A stretch of 47,954 nt of DNA from Pseudomonadota bacterium. Its GTDB lineage: Bacteria; Pseudomonadota; Alphaproteobacteria; Caulobacterales; Hyphomonadaceae. The stretch lies in NCBI GenBank assembly GCA_039026135.1, contig JBCCMX010000001.1, forward strand, positions 1 to 47,954. The letters are read 5' to 3'. The position numbers and the translations under genes were made by a program. Of this stretch, positions 46,893-47,954 are shown piece after piece (the stretch's first letter is position 1; each line of letters opens with the position of its first letter). The notes beneath the pieces are model-generated. The model was not told where the DNA came from, searched no databases, and saw only the letters and a list, made by a program, of their open reading frames with translations.

Positions 46893-47954
46893 ATGAAGGG
46901 CATATATGTTGGGGTCGATGCCACCAACCCGACGCTGATTTTGCGTATTAGATCCTTTCTTCGCGCCGGGGTTGAGCTGAAAGCCTTCACGTTTCGCCGT
47001 CATAAGTTCAACACGTCCTTTCAGCCGGAATGGGACAATGTCCATTTGGGCAAAACCAGTGACCGCAACTATATTGCGCGCCTGCCCACCCTGTTTCGCG
47101 GATTGCTGCGCATGGTCCGCGAAAAGCAGGCGTTTCGCGCAGCAGACTTCATCTACGCACGCAATATCGATCTTCTCTTTCTTGGCCTCGTCGCCCGGTG
47201 GTGGACCGGCAGCCAGGCCAAGCTCGTTTATGAAGTCGAAGATGTTCAGGAGATTTTCTTCAAGAACACTCTGGGCGGGCGCATATTCCGATGGCTTGAG
47301 CGCTGGGCACTGAGGCGTATCGACCTCCTGGTGCCACTCTCACCCGGTTTCATACATGGCTATTTTAAACCGATACAGGGCTATACCGGCCCGCATTACG
47401 TGCTCGAAAACAAGATCCAGCTTGGTGATAAATCGGCCGACGGCACTGCGCTCGGCCGGGCATGGGAAACCATCCAGGATCGCTGGGTGATTGGCTGGTT
47501 CGGCACGCTGCGTTGCCCGAAAAGCATGAAACTGCTGGAGCATATCGCCCAGACGCTCGGCGACAAAGTCGAGATTTACACGCGCGGTTATCCCACCGAG
47601 ACCGGCCTTGAGGCCTATATGGAAATCGTGAACCGTAACCCCAACTGGACCTATGAAGGTGAGTATACCATTCCGGACGACTTGGAAGCGATGTACGGCC
47701 GCGTGCATTTCTCCTGGTGCCTCGACTTCCTGGACGAGTTTGGAAACTCACCCCTGTTGCTCGCCTGCCGAATGTATCAAGGCGGCTTTTACGGCGCGGT
47801 GCCCCTGGTCGTCGAAGACTGGGAAATGGATCGCTGGCTCAAACGTGCCGGCATCGGCTACGCATTCGGCGTCCCTTATAGTGATCAGATTGCCAGTTTT
47901 TTGAAGGCCCTCAGCTGGGATGACTATGTCGATGCACGCGGCAAGATAATGGCC
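46893..47954 (+). CDS. Second ExoL-like glycosyltransferase, truncated by the window end
   Basis: ATG 46893 after GGGAGAG, open to the last base (354 codons). Contains IYARNIDLL, LVYEVEDV, IGWFGTLRC and RMYQGGFYG, colinear with the ExoL at 30633-31817. Confidence 0.85.
   Translation, partial: MKGIYVGVDATNPTLILRIRSFLRAGVELKAFTFRRHKFNTSFQPEWDNVHLGKTSDRNYIARLPTLFRGLLRMVREKQAFRAADFIYARNIDLLFLGLVARWWTGSQAKLVYEVEDVQEIFFKNTLGGRIFRWLERWALRRIDLLVPLSPGFIHGYFKPIQGYTGPHYVLENKIQLGDKSADGTALGRAWETIQDRWVIGWFGTLRCPKSMKLLEHIAQTLGDKVEIYTRGYPTETGLEAYMEIVNRNPNWTYEGEYTIPDDLEAMYGRVHFSWCLDFLDEFGNSPLLLACRMYQGGFYGAVPLVVEDWEMDRWLKRAGIGYAFGVPYSDQIASFLKALSWDDYVDARGKIMA

Noticed and set aside
1-47954. tRNA, rRNA, IS, integrase, prophage, CRISPR or defence genes
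   Set aside because: None recognised. Nearly all sequence is accounted for by the CDSs listed.

Overview
GC-rich alphaproteobacterial chromosome segment. It is most likely Hyphomonadaceae/Caulobacterales-like, inferred from the lmdC-bacA pair and the rne-amiC-mrcA-prfB gene order. 1-16 kb is core envelope and housekeeping: SAM methyltransferase, AsmA/YhdP-like protein, bcp, lmdC-bacA, an asparaginase-like protein, prfB with its +1 frameshift, PBP1A, AmiC and RNase E. 16-17.7 kb is an ornithine decarboxylase-type gene behind an elaborate leader: a promoter, a structured RNA, an unannotated 44-aa uORF, and a uORF/RBS base-pairing. This looks like a ribosome-mediated attenuator and is the best novel-system candidate. 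17.7-22.7 kb is an MFP-RND-TetR operon with a clear palindromic operator. 22.8-39 kb is a succinoglycan-like exo cluster (exoA/Y/U/O/L/P/K/M, flippase, acyltransferase) with a short OPX protein and an outer-membrane beta-barrel. 39-46.8 kb is a compact putative glycerol-3-phosphate-to-triacylglycerol/wax-ester gene set (HAD-PlsC, GpsA, PlsB, WS/DGAT with a basic histone-like tail) plus a divergent lipase. A second exoL paralog, absent from the ORF track, runs off the right edge. I saw no rRNA, tRNA, CRISPR array or transposase. All assignments come from motif recognition by eye; no database search was run.
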